A stretch of 64,000 nucleotides of DNA from Eutreptiella sp. 'Long Island Sound 2002' (lineage: Eukaryota > Protista > Euglenida): positions 171,430,001-171,494,000 of the forward strand of contig OZ038378.1 in assembly GCA_964036045.1 (NCBI GenBank). The letters run 5' to 3'. The translations under genes and the position numbers were made by a program. Numbering within the stretch: the first letter of the stretch is position 1; the number at the start of each line of letters is the position of its first letter. The notes beneath the pieces were generated by a model. That model searched no databases. It had not been told where the DNA came from and saw only the letters and a program-made list of their open reading frames with translations. This document shows, one piece after another, positions 35,301-47,300 of the stretch.

Positions 35301-38300
35301 GATTTTGTGCAATTAACGCCTGTTGGTCAAACGGAATTGTTTGGATCTGTAAAAGTCCAAGTTGGTGGGCAAGACTTGAATGATGTATTTGGCCGGGAAT
35401 TGTTCCAAAAGTTTGATGAGGTGAGTCTCGTGAAACAACATAGAGCCACGGATCCACAATATGCTGCATCGGTATCCGCCTTCCGTGAATGGACCACTAG
35501 TGCTCTGCAAACACGCATGGAATTCTTGGATACCATTGTGGAAATCACCCCAGAGGAATTCAAGGACCCTACCTGGCAAGAAACCACAATCGTTAGCACT
35601 CATCAAAAGACCGTTCACGCTGTGAATGAAGTCATGCTTCAACGATTTGCCATTGCTCGAGGATTGCCCATTGTAGCTTGGAGGTTGCCAATGGTTGACA
35701 AGTATGAAAAGAAGTTTGGACACAATTCAAATTTCATATATGACACGGTGAAAGACATGACCGCATACTTTGTCCCACAAGCACCTTGTTGCCTCACAAG
35801 CAATTTCAGACCAGAGAAAGGATTGTCCAACGGCACCCAAGGACGGTTGCATAGCATTGTCCTACATGCCGATGAAGCGCAAGGTAGAGTGCAAGAGATC
35901 CGTGATGCAGGTGCTGGTACTTTAGTGATGCTTGAGTTCCCACCATTTTGTGTCACCATTGCCATTGATGCTTCGGCCTTAAGTACAGGTGGAATGCAAC
36001 ATGAGGATGCATCAAAGGTCGTTGTTCCTCTCATGCAAGTGCAACGCAAGATCAACATTCATCGGTACATTGCTGTACGCACCAAAGGCGGTGGGTCTTT
36101 GTACACTCACGCACATCCCTTCCGATTAACCTTTGGATCAACATATCATGGGGTGCAATGTAGGTCAATGGATAAAATCATCTTGGTCGTGGATGACAAG
36201 AGCCTACCTGCGTTGACGTACAACGCCTTCTACGTGGGCATTAGCCGGGTTCGCACGGGTGCTGGTCTTCGTGTTATTCGCTTGCGGAACCACGAAGAGC
36301 CACCGGAAGATTGGCGGGGTCGATTGAAGTCACTTGTTCCCAAAGTCATGGTTGTTCGATATATGTTGAAAACGAGCTATGAGAATGCTCACAACTTGTT
36401 GAAGGCCATGTATCGTGAATGGGATATTGACTACGACATGAGAGGCCACGACAAGAGAATGCATCGCAAGGGATCCAAGAAGTTCCCTAAAAAAGGAATA
36501 TTTCCTTGCGGCAAGCAATGTGGTCGGGTGTTCGCCACTCCACATCATCGGCGACTGCATGAAGCAAGTTGCAAGCATAACCCCAGCAATGCCGGCCAAG
36601 AGGAGAATGTGCAACATGCTTCCATCGTCAAGCCCCACTCGAGTGGCAAACGACCAATCAATACACCGTCACCAGGAGCCCGCAAAAGGCAATGTACGGA
36701 TACACATACACACACCCATGAAAGACAAGAAATGGAAGGGGATATCATTGACACGGTGCTGCAACCCGCATTGGATGAAGACACTTTCAACAGCGCCGCT
36801 TCCGAAGCACGAACGTTGCTAGATGAACAAGGACAACAAAGACTAGAACGGAAAGGAAAGCAACGTGTACGTGACAATGAAATCTCACCTACCGCACCGT
36901 CAAAGCGGAGACACCGTTCATCCACATCAACACCGGCAACAACATGCCATGCAACTTCACCTCCTAAAGCCTCCTCACTATCGCCACAAACCTCCGCACC
37001 CCCTGCATGTGCAACGCCCATCCAATCATCGTCATCATCTTCTTCTTCCTCCCAATCAATGCATGGTCCGACTACACCTTGGGTTCCATGCCACATTTCC
37101 GCCGTGCCGGGATCCACATTGGTTGAAATTGGATCACTATTGTCGAAGCCCAAGGACCAGGTCACCATGGCTCAAACTCTACTGGGTGCCACGAGTGCTC
37201 AAGATGTTCGCAAACATTACTTGAAGCTCAGTGTTCAACTGCATCCTAATAAGTCTAAAGACTCTTGGGCCACGGATCGCTTTCAATTGCTTTTGAAGGC
37301 ATATAATCTCTTGAAGGACAAGTATAAGTTGCATTGAAAAGCTTCATATGTGCTTCGCCTCAACCGACGGGACTCAAGTAATAGCTATGGCTTGAGCTTC
37401 GCAGCCGGTGGCGCCGGCAGCAATATAGTCATTTGCCGTTGCTTGCCAAACGTCGAAGGGTGTTTCACATTTTGGACTTTGTGGGGTCAAGAAACATGGA
37501 TATCGGCTTTTTACAAGTTGCACTCTTTTGAAGAAGGGATGTTCAGAGTGGGCAAGTGGGCTTTCCCTTGCTGCTGAACAAAGCATTGGCTGGAACCAAA
37601 AAGCATGGATCGGGCGTTTGGACAAGGTGGACTTTGTTGGGGCATGTTCAGAGTGGGCAAGTGGGCTTTCCCTTGCTGCTGAACAAAGCATTGGCCGGTC
37701 TCAAGAAGCATGGATTGGACGATTCTACAAGGTGGACTTTGTAAAAGAGGGGCATGTTCAGAGTGGGCAAGTGGGCTTTCCCTTGCTGCTAAACAAAGCA
37801 TTGAAGTGGGGTCAAGAAACATGGATATCGGCTTTTTACAAGTTGCACTCTTTTGAAGAAGGGATGTTCAGAGTGGGCAAGTGGGCTTTCCCTGCTGCTG
37901 AACAAAGCATTGAGTGGAGTCAAAAAGCATGGATTGGGCGTTTGTACAAGGTGGACTTTGTTGGGGCATGTTCAGAGTGGGCAAGTGGGCTTTCCCTTGC
38001 CGTTGAACGAAGCATTGGCCGCAGTCAAGAAGCATGGATTGGAAAATTGTACAAGGTGGACTTTATAGGAGAGGGGCATGTTCAGAGTGGGCAAGTGGGC
38101 TTTCCCTTGCTGCTGAACAAAGAATTGCAGTGGGGTCAAGAAACATGGATATGGGCGTTTTACAAGTGGCACTCTTTCGAAGAAGGGATGTTCAGAGTGG
38201 GCAAGTGGGCTTTCCCTTGCTGCTGAACAAAGCATTGGCCGGAGTCAAGAAGCATGGATCGGATGTTTGTACAAGGTGGACTTTGTAAAAGAGGGGCATG

Positions 38301-41300
38301 TTCAGAGTGGGCAAGTGGGCTTTCCCTTGCTGCTGAACAAAGCATTGAAGTGGGGTCAAGAAACATGAATATGGGCGTTTTACAAGTGGCACTCTTTTGA
38401 AGAAGGGATGTTCAGAGTAGGCAAGTGGGCTTTCCCTTGCTGCTGAACAAAGCATTGGCTGGAGTCAAAAAGCATGGATTGGGCGTTTGTACAACGTGGA
38501 CCTTGTTGGGGCATGTTCAGAGTGGGCAAGTGGGCTTTCCCTTGCTGTTGAACAAAGCATTGGCCGCAGTCAAGAAGCATGGATTGGACGATTCCACAAG
38601 GTGAACTTTGTGGAAGAGGGGCATGTTCAGAGTGGGCAAGTGGGCTTTCCCTTGCTACTGAACAAAGAATTGCAGTGGGGTCAAGAAACATGGATATCGG
38701 CTTTTTAGAAGTTGCACTCTTTTGAAGAAGGGATGTTCAGAGTGGGCAAGTGGGCTTTCTCTTGCTGCTGAACAAAGCATTGGTTGCGGTCAAGAAGCAT
38801 TGGTTGGGCGGTTGTACAAGGTGGACTTTGTTGGGGCATGTTCAGAGTGGGCAAGTGGGCTTTCCCTTGCTGCTGAACAAAGCATTGGCCGGAGTCAAGA
38901 AGCATGGATTGGACGATTCTACAAGGTGGACTTTGTGGAGAAGGGGCATGTTCAGAGTGGGCAAGTGGGCTTTCCCTTGCTGCTGAATAAAGCATTGGCC
39001 GGAGTCAAGAAGCATGGATTGGACACTTCTACAAGGTGGACTTTGTGGAAGAGGGGCATGTTCAGAGTAGGCAAGTGGGCTTTCCCTTGCTGCCGAACAA
39101 AACTCGCAAGTGGGTCGAGAAGTTTGGAAGTGCTACTATCCATGTTGTATGTGGTTTGGCGCAGCCATCATACTTCATGGGGCACATTTTGGAAGAACCT
39201 CATGAACATGCGGATGTCTCAACATATCTGGGTTCACAAAGACTTGTGGTTTTATGCCAACGGCACGGAGGCTGGGGGGCAACGGGTGCTATGCTCTTGG
39301 CCGATGGGAAGCGCCCCCTCCGGTATACAAACAACCTATCGGAGCAGCGTAGCACCTAAGACCGGGGGATTTACTCTAGTTGGGGGAGTAGAGTTGGGTC
39401 ATTATGACCTTATGGGCTGTATCCCGACATTGCAATCATTTTTCAATTTTCCGAGACATTTGGTCCGATTGTTTCTTTTATTCCAAAGTACGTAGGGCAC
39501 AAAAGTCTTCAAGGCACAAACTCCCATGTGTTACGCAACACTAGGACCCAGCTCGGTCCTAGTTCGAGTCTTGATTGGACGTACCCACCCCAACCCTGCT
39601 GTGCCTAAGATGCAGTGCGCAGGGGTAGTCGATGGCTTCAGTACAGGTGCAAGTGATACCAGGAGGACAGCAGGGGCAGGGGCAGCATCGAATAGTGATG
39701 GGTTTCGTGCAGACCAGGAGGAAGCTGTACAGGAGGGGTCATGAAGAGCCTCTCGTCAGCCGCGAGGCGCAGAACGGTGTCTTGCTGGGCATGTTGGACA
39801 TTTTATGGGGTGCGTTGCTAACATTTGTGCTTAGAGCTTGAGCTGGGTGACGCCCATCGTCCTATTAATGGCCAAGATGAGGAGGGGTACCGACTGTATT
39901 ATTGGTGACCTGGTTTAAGGCTGTCAACATTTTCAAGTCCGATTTCTTTTGTGTATTTCTTCTCCATCTGACTGGTGCAGAACAGCGTTGTTCAACAGTG
40001 TTTCCAGCATTCACCCCTTTACGCTCAGCCACGTCACCGTCAAGTTCGACTGCGGGGTGCCTTTGGATTGCCGGGCCGTCGCGCTGAAGTTCGTGAACAC
40101 TGAACACGACTCTCAGGTGTGCATTTGGTGCCCCTCTGAGGGCTGCTGCCCGGGTCTCTGCTAATCTGCTAATCTGCTGAACACGAGAGCCACAGTGAGA
40201 GCGGTGTTGAGAAGTTGATGAGCCTTGGTGGAGAAAGTCTCCCTTAGGCCAAGCCCCCTCTCTCCCTGTCCCAAACCCCTTCCCTCCATCCCCATCCCTG
40301 CCCCCTCCTCCTTCTCACTGGAGCCCAGATGTGTGATGTATGGCCCATGCAACATGCCTGTCCCGAGGCCTCGTCACGAAAAAGTGGCGTATCACTCCAG
40401 CTCTTGGCAGCCCGCTAGGTGCCTCACTTACCTGGGTCCTTGGCTGTAGGAGCTGGGGACCTTAACCACTCTGCTCCTGGTCTAGGCAGGGCAACACTCC
40501 TTAACTGGCACCGGGAGCAAAGCTGAAGGTCCCAAACACTGGCTGAATGCCTGCCCAAAGGTCGTGGGTTTGTCACCAAGGTTTGACATTGATGGCCGCT
40601 TCAGGCAACTGCAGGTTTACCGCTGGTGTGCTGGGTAGCGTGGCGCAGGAACCCCATGCTGTCCATTGCCCTGAAGCAATTGCCTCACCTTGATGGTTCC
40701 CACTGCTGCAAGGAAATGCAACTGCAGGATAGTCAAGTGCTTCCAACTGAATCGAGGGGAATCAGCACATGGTGCAGGATAGTCAAGTGCCTCCAACTGA
40801 ATCGAGGGGAATCAGCACATGGTGGAGGGCCCAGTGCCCCTCGTTGAGATCTGGCAGTTCTGGCCCTTGGGGGTCAGTTGTCTTGCATGTAACCAGGGTT
40901 TTCATTTGCAGGGCACCCATTGAGAAGTTTCCCAGAAGACTATCGGCAGAATGAGGAATACTGATAAAATATGGGCGAAACTAGGAAGCTTCCCAAATTC
41001 TGGAAAAATCATGAGAAACAACAATGAAACATTGGCAAAAGGCAGTTTCGGTGTGTGATGGGTGTGATGAGGGTGGGTATAGTGAGTTGTGATCTTGAGA
41101 AATGGGGGGGAATGGGATGATGGCAACATGGAGCATGTGGGTCTCTTTCCATAATGCTATCTTTTTTGGCCCATGTTTGTGACCGTGTACTGTGCATAAT
41201 TACAATGGGTTGCGTTACACAGGTTGGGTATTGGCTGGCTGCCCTCCAAGCAGATGACTCATCTCAACACTGATTCGCATAGCTACCTATTTCTTAAAGG

Positions 41301-44300
41301 GGAGTGCACTGATGCTCTTAAGTATGAGTGATATGATTTGTATTGCTGCCTGATTTGATGCTTTCAAGGTGGAGTTGGGTGTTTGTTGGACACAACACCA
41401 ATTGGAGGGTTCTGAATTGGTGGGCAGGAGTGCCAACCACATGACCTGTGTTGTACATTGTTACATTGTTCATTGTTACATGCCATGGTATTGCTATCCC
41501 TACCACTGTTGCTTTCCGTCCCTCAAGTGGGTGCGGAATGCATGACAATAGACCATGAATTGTGACAGTCACTGTGAAGCTACGTTGTTGCCATGATGTT
41601 GCGGCATGAATGCATTGAACCCCATCATTTGGTGTTCTTGCATGTCTTGGTTGTCAAAGGCCGGCCGCAATAAGTTTGTAGTCAAGGATGAGACCTCTAA
41701 CCATCGCTGGGGCCCATCAGGTTCCTCGCTGTGCCATGCCCAAATGCCAGGCATGCCCAGGTACAGTTCTTTCCCCGCATTTTCCCACAGGAATGTTATC
41801 AGGAATTTTGTCACTAGCCCGGTTGGGAAATTTTGTTCCTTGGACACCAGAGCCTCCCCCCCCCCCCCCGAAGGCATATCTCTGCCTCTCAGAGCTGCTA
41901 GTGTCAGCCAGGGGTGTGGGTGCTGTGGGGCAGTGTGGAGTGCACACCTGGTACAGAGACAGATTTACTGGCCAGCTGCAATAAATCAGGACTGTGGACA
42001 GACCCTCTGACAGACTGCCCTTGACACTGGACCTCGGACACTCGGCATGTCGGGTTTTTTATTCCGGGGGGGGGGTCAATAGAGCCCCCCAAAACTGGGG
42101 GGGGGGGGGTTCGGGAAAAGGGCTCAATCGACAGGCACCATTAATCAGTCATTATGAAGCCTGGCGCCAAAGGCGCCGAAAAAATTTTTGAGCATTAAAA
42201 TTGGTCGATTTTTTTTACACCAAATATATGGCAAATGATGCTTTTTCTGAACCCCCTCGACGCGCTGATTCCAAAAATCCCATTTCCTTTTTTTTCTGAT
42301 TTTTGGGTCTGGGGCACCTCCGAGGCCCGGGGGTCAATCTCGGTAGGATTTTGGGGGTCCTGTCAGTTGAGAGCCTTTTTTTGGGGGGTCCGGCCGGAGG
42401 GCTCTATTGACCCCCCCCCCCCCCCCGGAAACGAAAACCCGGCCTCCCCTGGCACCACAGCTTCACGAGAGGGTCAAGGTCTGTGTCCCGCAACCATCGA
42501 TGTTGAGATTGCATATGTACAATGAACCAATCTGGATGCTTTGGGCAGCGCCTTGGGTCACAAATCGTAACATTGCGTCTCATGCTAAACAAGCAAGGGT
42601 ACAACCAGTGACAGAGGGTTGCATAGCCAGACCTCTGCTGCGGCGTTATCCAAGGCATGGCACAAGCATTTTGCACTGGGAAAGCGGTGAGCCATTATGC
42701 TTCACTGAAAGAAGCCGCTGGGCGCCTCCCCACCACGGGGGGGGCGTCTCCTCGATTCGCCCCCCCCCCCTCCCCTCCCTGCCCTCCGGGCCCACTTAGT
42801 TACTAAGGGTCAATGGCTACAGGCCATACATAGGGTCGCGCCGAAGGCGCCCGAAAAATTTGTCCCCTTTTCTGGGGACCCCCGAGAATGCGGGGGTTAG
42901 GTAGCATTTCCGCCCACTTGCGGGCCCCCAAGAAGGCAGGGGTGAGGTAGCCAATTTTGATTTTGAGGTAGCCACTTTTGATCAGAGCTTTTGAGCGCCA
43001 GATATCGCAAGACGAGGCGCTATACAAATGTCGTTTGTTGCGAGGTGCTTTCCAGCGGAAGATTAGCAAGACGGGCCGCTATACAAATGTCGTTTGGGGG
43101 TGTGGGTGCCTACAACCACCATTGCACTGGTGAGGAGGTAGAGTGGAGGCCTCTGTTGTTGTAGAGTAACCCCTTAGGCCACCGCGTCTCTGCCAGACTG
43201 GACTAGACTCTGCTAACCCTCTCCCCTAGCCCCCCCCCCCCCCCTAGCAACTAGCAGTGACTAGCTAGTCCCCTAGAGAAGCCCTCCTCGGCGGCTAGCC
43301 CCCCCCCCCCCCCCCCCTCTTTGGGGCCTTTGGCCCACTTCTACTGGGGGGGGCGGGTCGCGTCTAAAAGCGAGGAGACGGCCCCCTGTGCACCCCACTG
43401 CAGAATAGGTCTCAAGCAGGTTGTGACAAGGAAGCAGGGTCAGCATTAGTGTGCATGCACAGGATAAGCAATGAGTCATAGAGCCGGATCAATATGACAC
43501 ATGCCACGGATAAGACACACAAAAAAAAGTGCAGTGTCTTGCAGAGAAGCTGGTCAGTAACGTTCTGCTTCAGTTTCAGCAATGTCCTCCTCATGCTTGC
43601 CTGTATGCCTTCATGCACTGTGCTTTGCAGAGGCCACACAGGGTGTACATGCGGCTGCGCACGCCGACAAAGGCCACTTGTCTTATACACAACACAGGCA
43701 AAGTGATCGTTCTTGGAGCCCGGGTGTGTGCTTCCAATTCTCCCTGGTATCATGGTCCATTCCTTCTGCTACAACCGACAATGCGCCCAGTAAACAGTTA
43801 CCCCTCCCTCCAACGTGAATGCAGTCATAGCCAGCTTGTCCAGGGAATGTTTTTGCATTTCGTGCCACTGTGGGGTACTGGCTCACAGCTCTTGGCTTTT
43901 ACCCTCCAAGCGTGGTTTTTACGTGCTAGAGACTATACTGTGGCCCAACATGTGCATAGAGGTCCTCATGCCAGAGACTGGGTGTGTTGTGCCTGGAAGT
44001 GCACACGGTGCACACAAAGCCTTCCAAGAAATTCCCATGGGAGGGAGGATTGGAGAAAGCAGCAAAGTTGTGGCACAGTGCATTGTAGGCCCAGCACTTG
44101 CAGGGGACACAAAATTCTCAGAGCACAAAACTTCAGTGCAACGTATGGGAATGGGAGACTGGCATCACAGTAATGGTCACCAGAGCGCATGCGCTGGGAT
44201 GTTTTGAATTGTAGGGCCACAGGAATGACAGTGGTCAGTATTGGGCTTTGCAGCCCACACACTTCCTGTGTATGCAGTGTGCACATGACAATTGCTGAAA

Positions 44301-47300
44301 GGACCTAATCTTGGCTTCAACAGGGAAGCCTTAGGGACCTTGAGAACGCTTTTTACGCGCCACAGGGGAAGGGTAATGTGCTGAATTGCAAACTGTCACG
44401 AAATACAAGCTGGCACAGAAAACATCGTGCACATCGTTTTGTTGGCATCATCATTCTCTACAAAGGAGAGACTCTTTCGCATATGCCGTGCATGTTGAAC
44501 CCACCCTTTGACTGTGGAGGCGGAAGCATCACAGCCTAAATGGGTGAGTTTGCAGTCATATATGGTTGTGTGAGTGTGTATGCCCCCTGCAGTATTGGGG
44601 TTTCCAAAGTGGAGAGCAGTGACGTGCCTGCGTAACCCTGTATCAGGCTGTATCAGGCTTCCCAAGGAGGAGGGGGTCGCACAGAGTAGTTTTACAGGCA
44701 CTTTTTTCAAACACCATGCGCACCATTTGTGAAAAGAAGAGGCCAAGTTGTCCACCAATTCAATATCAAAGACAACTACACTTTCGTAGACAAACAATGT
44801 TGACAATTTCCCTGAAACCCTTAACCTCTGTGTACAGAGGGAAGTACCAACCGGCACACTGAGCCTTTATGGCACCCCCCCCCCCCCCCATCTGGACCCT
44901 CAACATATACCAATGAACCCTGTAAGCCGAAGCAGTCTCTCGAACCACGTGTATTTAACCCCCCCTCCCCCCTCCTGACAATGTAAGTAGTGCATTGCCT
45001 CAATTCTGCATTTCATTGCTATTTTTGCTTCTGTTTGTTTGTTCAACATTCCCATCAAATTGTAAGTTAGGTCTCACTAGCCTCTTCCGCTCTTAGACAA
45101 TTACCCAGAACTGACCCCGACGAGCAAGCAGCTTATCCAAAAGCCATGGCACGAGGCACCAGTTATACAACACGGTTACCTACTGGCTTTCATGGGACCC
45201 CCAGTCTTTAGATGCACACTTTGCCCCTGCCATATTGTTCCCAAACCTCCTAGCTCTGTATGCATCAGTTCTGGAGAACACTATCCGAATCTCATGGTTA
45301 TGGTAATGACCGCATGTGGGCCTAATTAGGCCGACAGAGAAGTGGACAGGAGTGGACACCATGGGGCTAGTATGCTGCAATGGTCGTGCACTGAATATTC
45401 CATTTTGGCCAACAACCCCCCCCCGCCCCCCGCCCCCCAAATCCCAACAACACAAAGGACCTTGGTGGCCTGTAAGCAGACCAATTTGAGGGATGTGTTT
45501 GTTTGTGTCATGGGTAATGGACGGACCTGGCTTTTGAAAAGTATCCTGCTCTGCACTGCATGTGCTGATGGCCTGCTCCTCCCTGTTCAGTCAGTGCAAG
45601 CTGCCAAACAGAGTGCGCTCAGCTGTGCCAAGATCCTGCACATCATGCAACCAGCTGTGCAATTCCTCGATTACTGCGTTATAAATATGGTATGCAATGT
45701 GGATATGCCTGGGTTCATAGCTGGAGGGTGTAGAATCAGTACCCAGTTGTCCCAATGTGCACCACCCTTCTTCCGTTTGGGCCATTCTTAAGGGTGGAAG
45801 CCACAACGCCTTTGGAATGAGATTTCCAGCCATGCAGCCCAAGAGGGAAGCTGGTTTTTTTCTAAATTGGACAGATTTTGGGCTTCTTTGACCCGTTTTT
45901 GGGGACTGCTCGGAGGTTGAAACTCTTTTGCTTTGGCATGAACAAAGGAAACCGGTTCAGTATATTGAATACAGTATACAGTATACTGACACCCATGTCT
46001 TGTGGTTTGGCTGGGGGGTTTGCTGGGCTGGAATGGAGGAGTCAGCTGTATTGTGTTTTCTTCGTTTGACTGTCAAGTTTCAAATCGTCAAGTTTCAAAT
46101 CCCCATGAAATTCTGACGCTTGTAGCAACTACGAGCGAAGAATGGGACAAAGCTTCACACCAAACTGCAAGCGCTTCAGCACCAAGCACAGGTGTAGCTA
46201 CATAAACGTTTCGTGCCCATGGCAGTCCATCACCACAAGGGGAAAACAACGCATCAAGATGGAACGGACCATGTTTTTTGAAACAAACACTTTGACAGTC
46301 TGGTACAACAGGTAACCTGAAGGCATAGTGAGCGAAGTACTGGATGGCAGTCAGCGCACGTCATTCAGGGAGCAGCGGCGGTTGATGCTCAACAGATGTT
46401 TTGGATCTTACAATGACCCAAGCTTCGTAGGTTAATCTGACAATGAATGGTCAACACCATCCGTTAATCACCAACCGCTGTTGTTTCCCAAGTGCCGTTG
46501 GTTACCTGCTGCCCAGTGCTTCGCACACTGTGTTTTAAAGGTTTCCGTTGCACTGGCCACAATTTTTTGCCCCCTTCTGGATCTGCTCCCTCTTAATGGG
46601 TAGCTACCTTTGTTGTCCCCCTCCTCAGCCAGCATGCTGAAGCCTCTTCTCATATGCGCAAGAATTGGGCCCTCAGCCTTGTGTCGCTGTCTGGTTGCTG
46701 GTTGCTGAGGGATGATGCCTTTACGACTCACTTTCCAGGTGGCATTTTACTATGTGGGGCATCCCATTTGGTTGGAGGAGCTGCAGGCGGCTCACAATGA
46801 AGTGGCTATTTATGATGCCCAGATCTTCAGTGCAGTGGTATGCCTGCTTTTCCTTGTGAGATTCTTTATCAGGGCAGCTCGCCATGCAGGACACAAGTGC
46901 ATCATGACTTCTCCAGTATAAAAAGTGCATGCATTTTTTTTGGTCATACCCCACGATTCTAATGGCATATATAGTTCACCCCATGTGATACCTGCATCTG
47001 GTCCTGCTATGGCTCATGCTTGATTAATTTTCCTTAACCAACACCTGAAACGGTTGCCAGGGTTACAGGTGTAGTAAGGGAGATCATAAGGGCAGGGCGC
47101 TGTTCCAAAAGTGATCTGGGGGCCAAGTGCGCATGGCCAGAAATGCCAGAAATGCATGTGGGCACTGCTTCGAATGGCAGCCATTTCCCAGGCTCCCCTG
47201 TAGGGATGGTGGGTGCAATTTCACCCGCCCGCCCAACAGATGGGTCTCTCCCGTGCAATTGTCCGCCAAAACAAACGACAGCAGAGTTTGTGGAAGGGGC

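Larger units (their letters stand above)
27870..39563 (+). mobile_element. Helitron2/Helentron-type rolling-circle transposon, ~11.7 kb, in TBP-like intron 1
   Basis: Contains the RepHel frame 29643-37337. Left end: hairpin CAGCTC/GAGCTG (27880-27899) overlapping ACCGAGCTGGGT (27891-27902). Right end: the exact reverse complement ACCCAGCTCGGT (39546-39557) inside a 9-bp hairpin ACTAGGACC/GGTCCTAGT (39540-39563). The left end is shared with the fragment at 55883. Exact terminal nucleotides are uncertain by about 10 nt. Confidence 0.88.

Noticed and set aside
37480-39110. Regularly spaced 25-nt core that could be mistaken for a CRISPR array, and Cys/Trp-rich ORFs across it
   Set aside because: The inter-core sequences are homologous to each other rather than unique spacers, there are no cas genes, and the context is eukaryotic. 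The ORFs are translations of the satellite.
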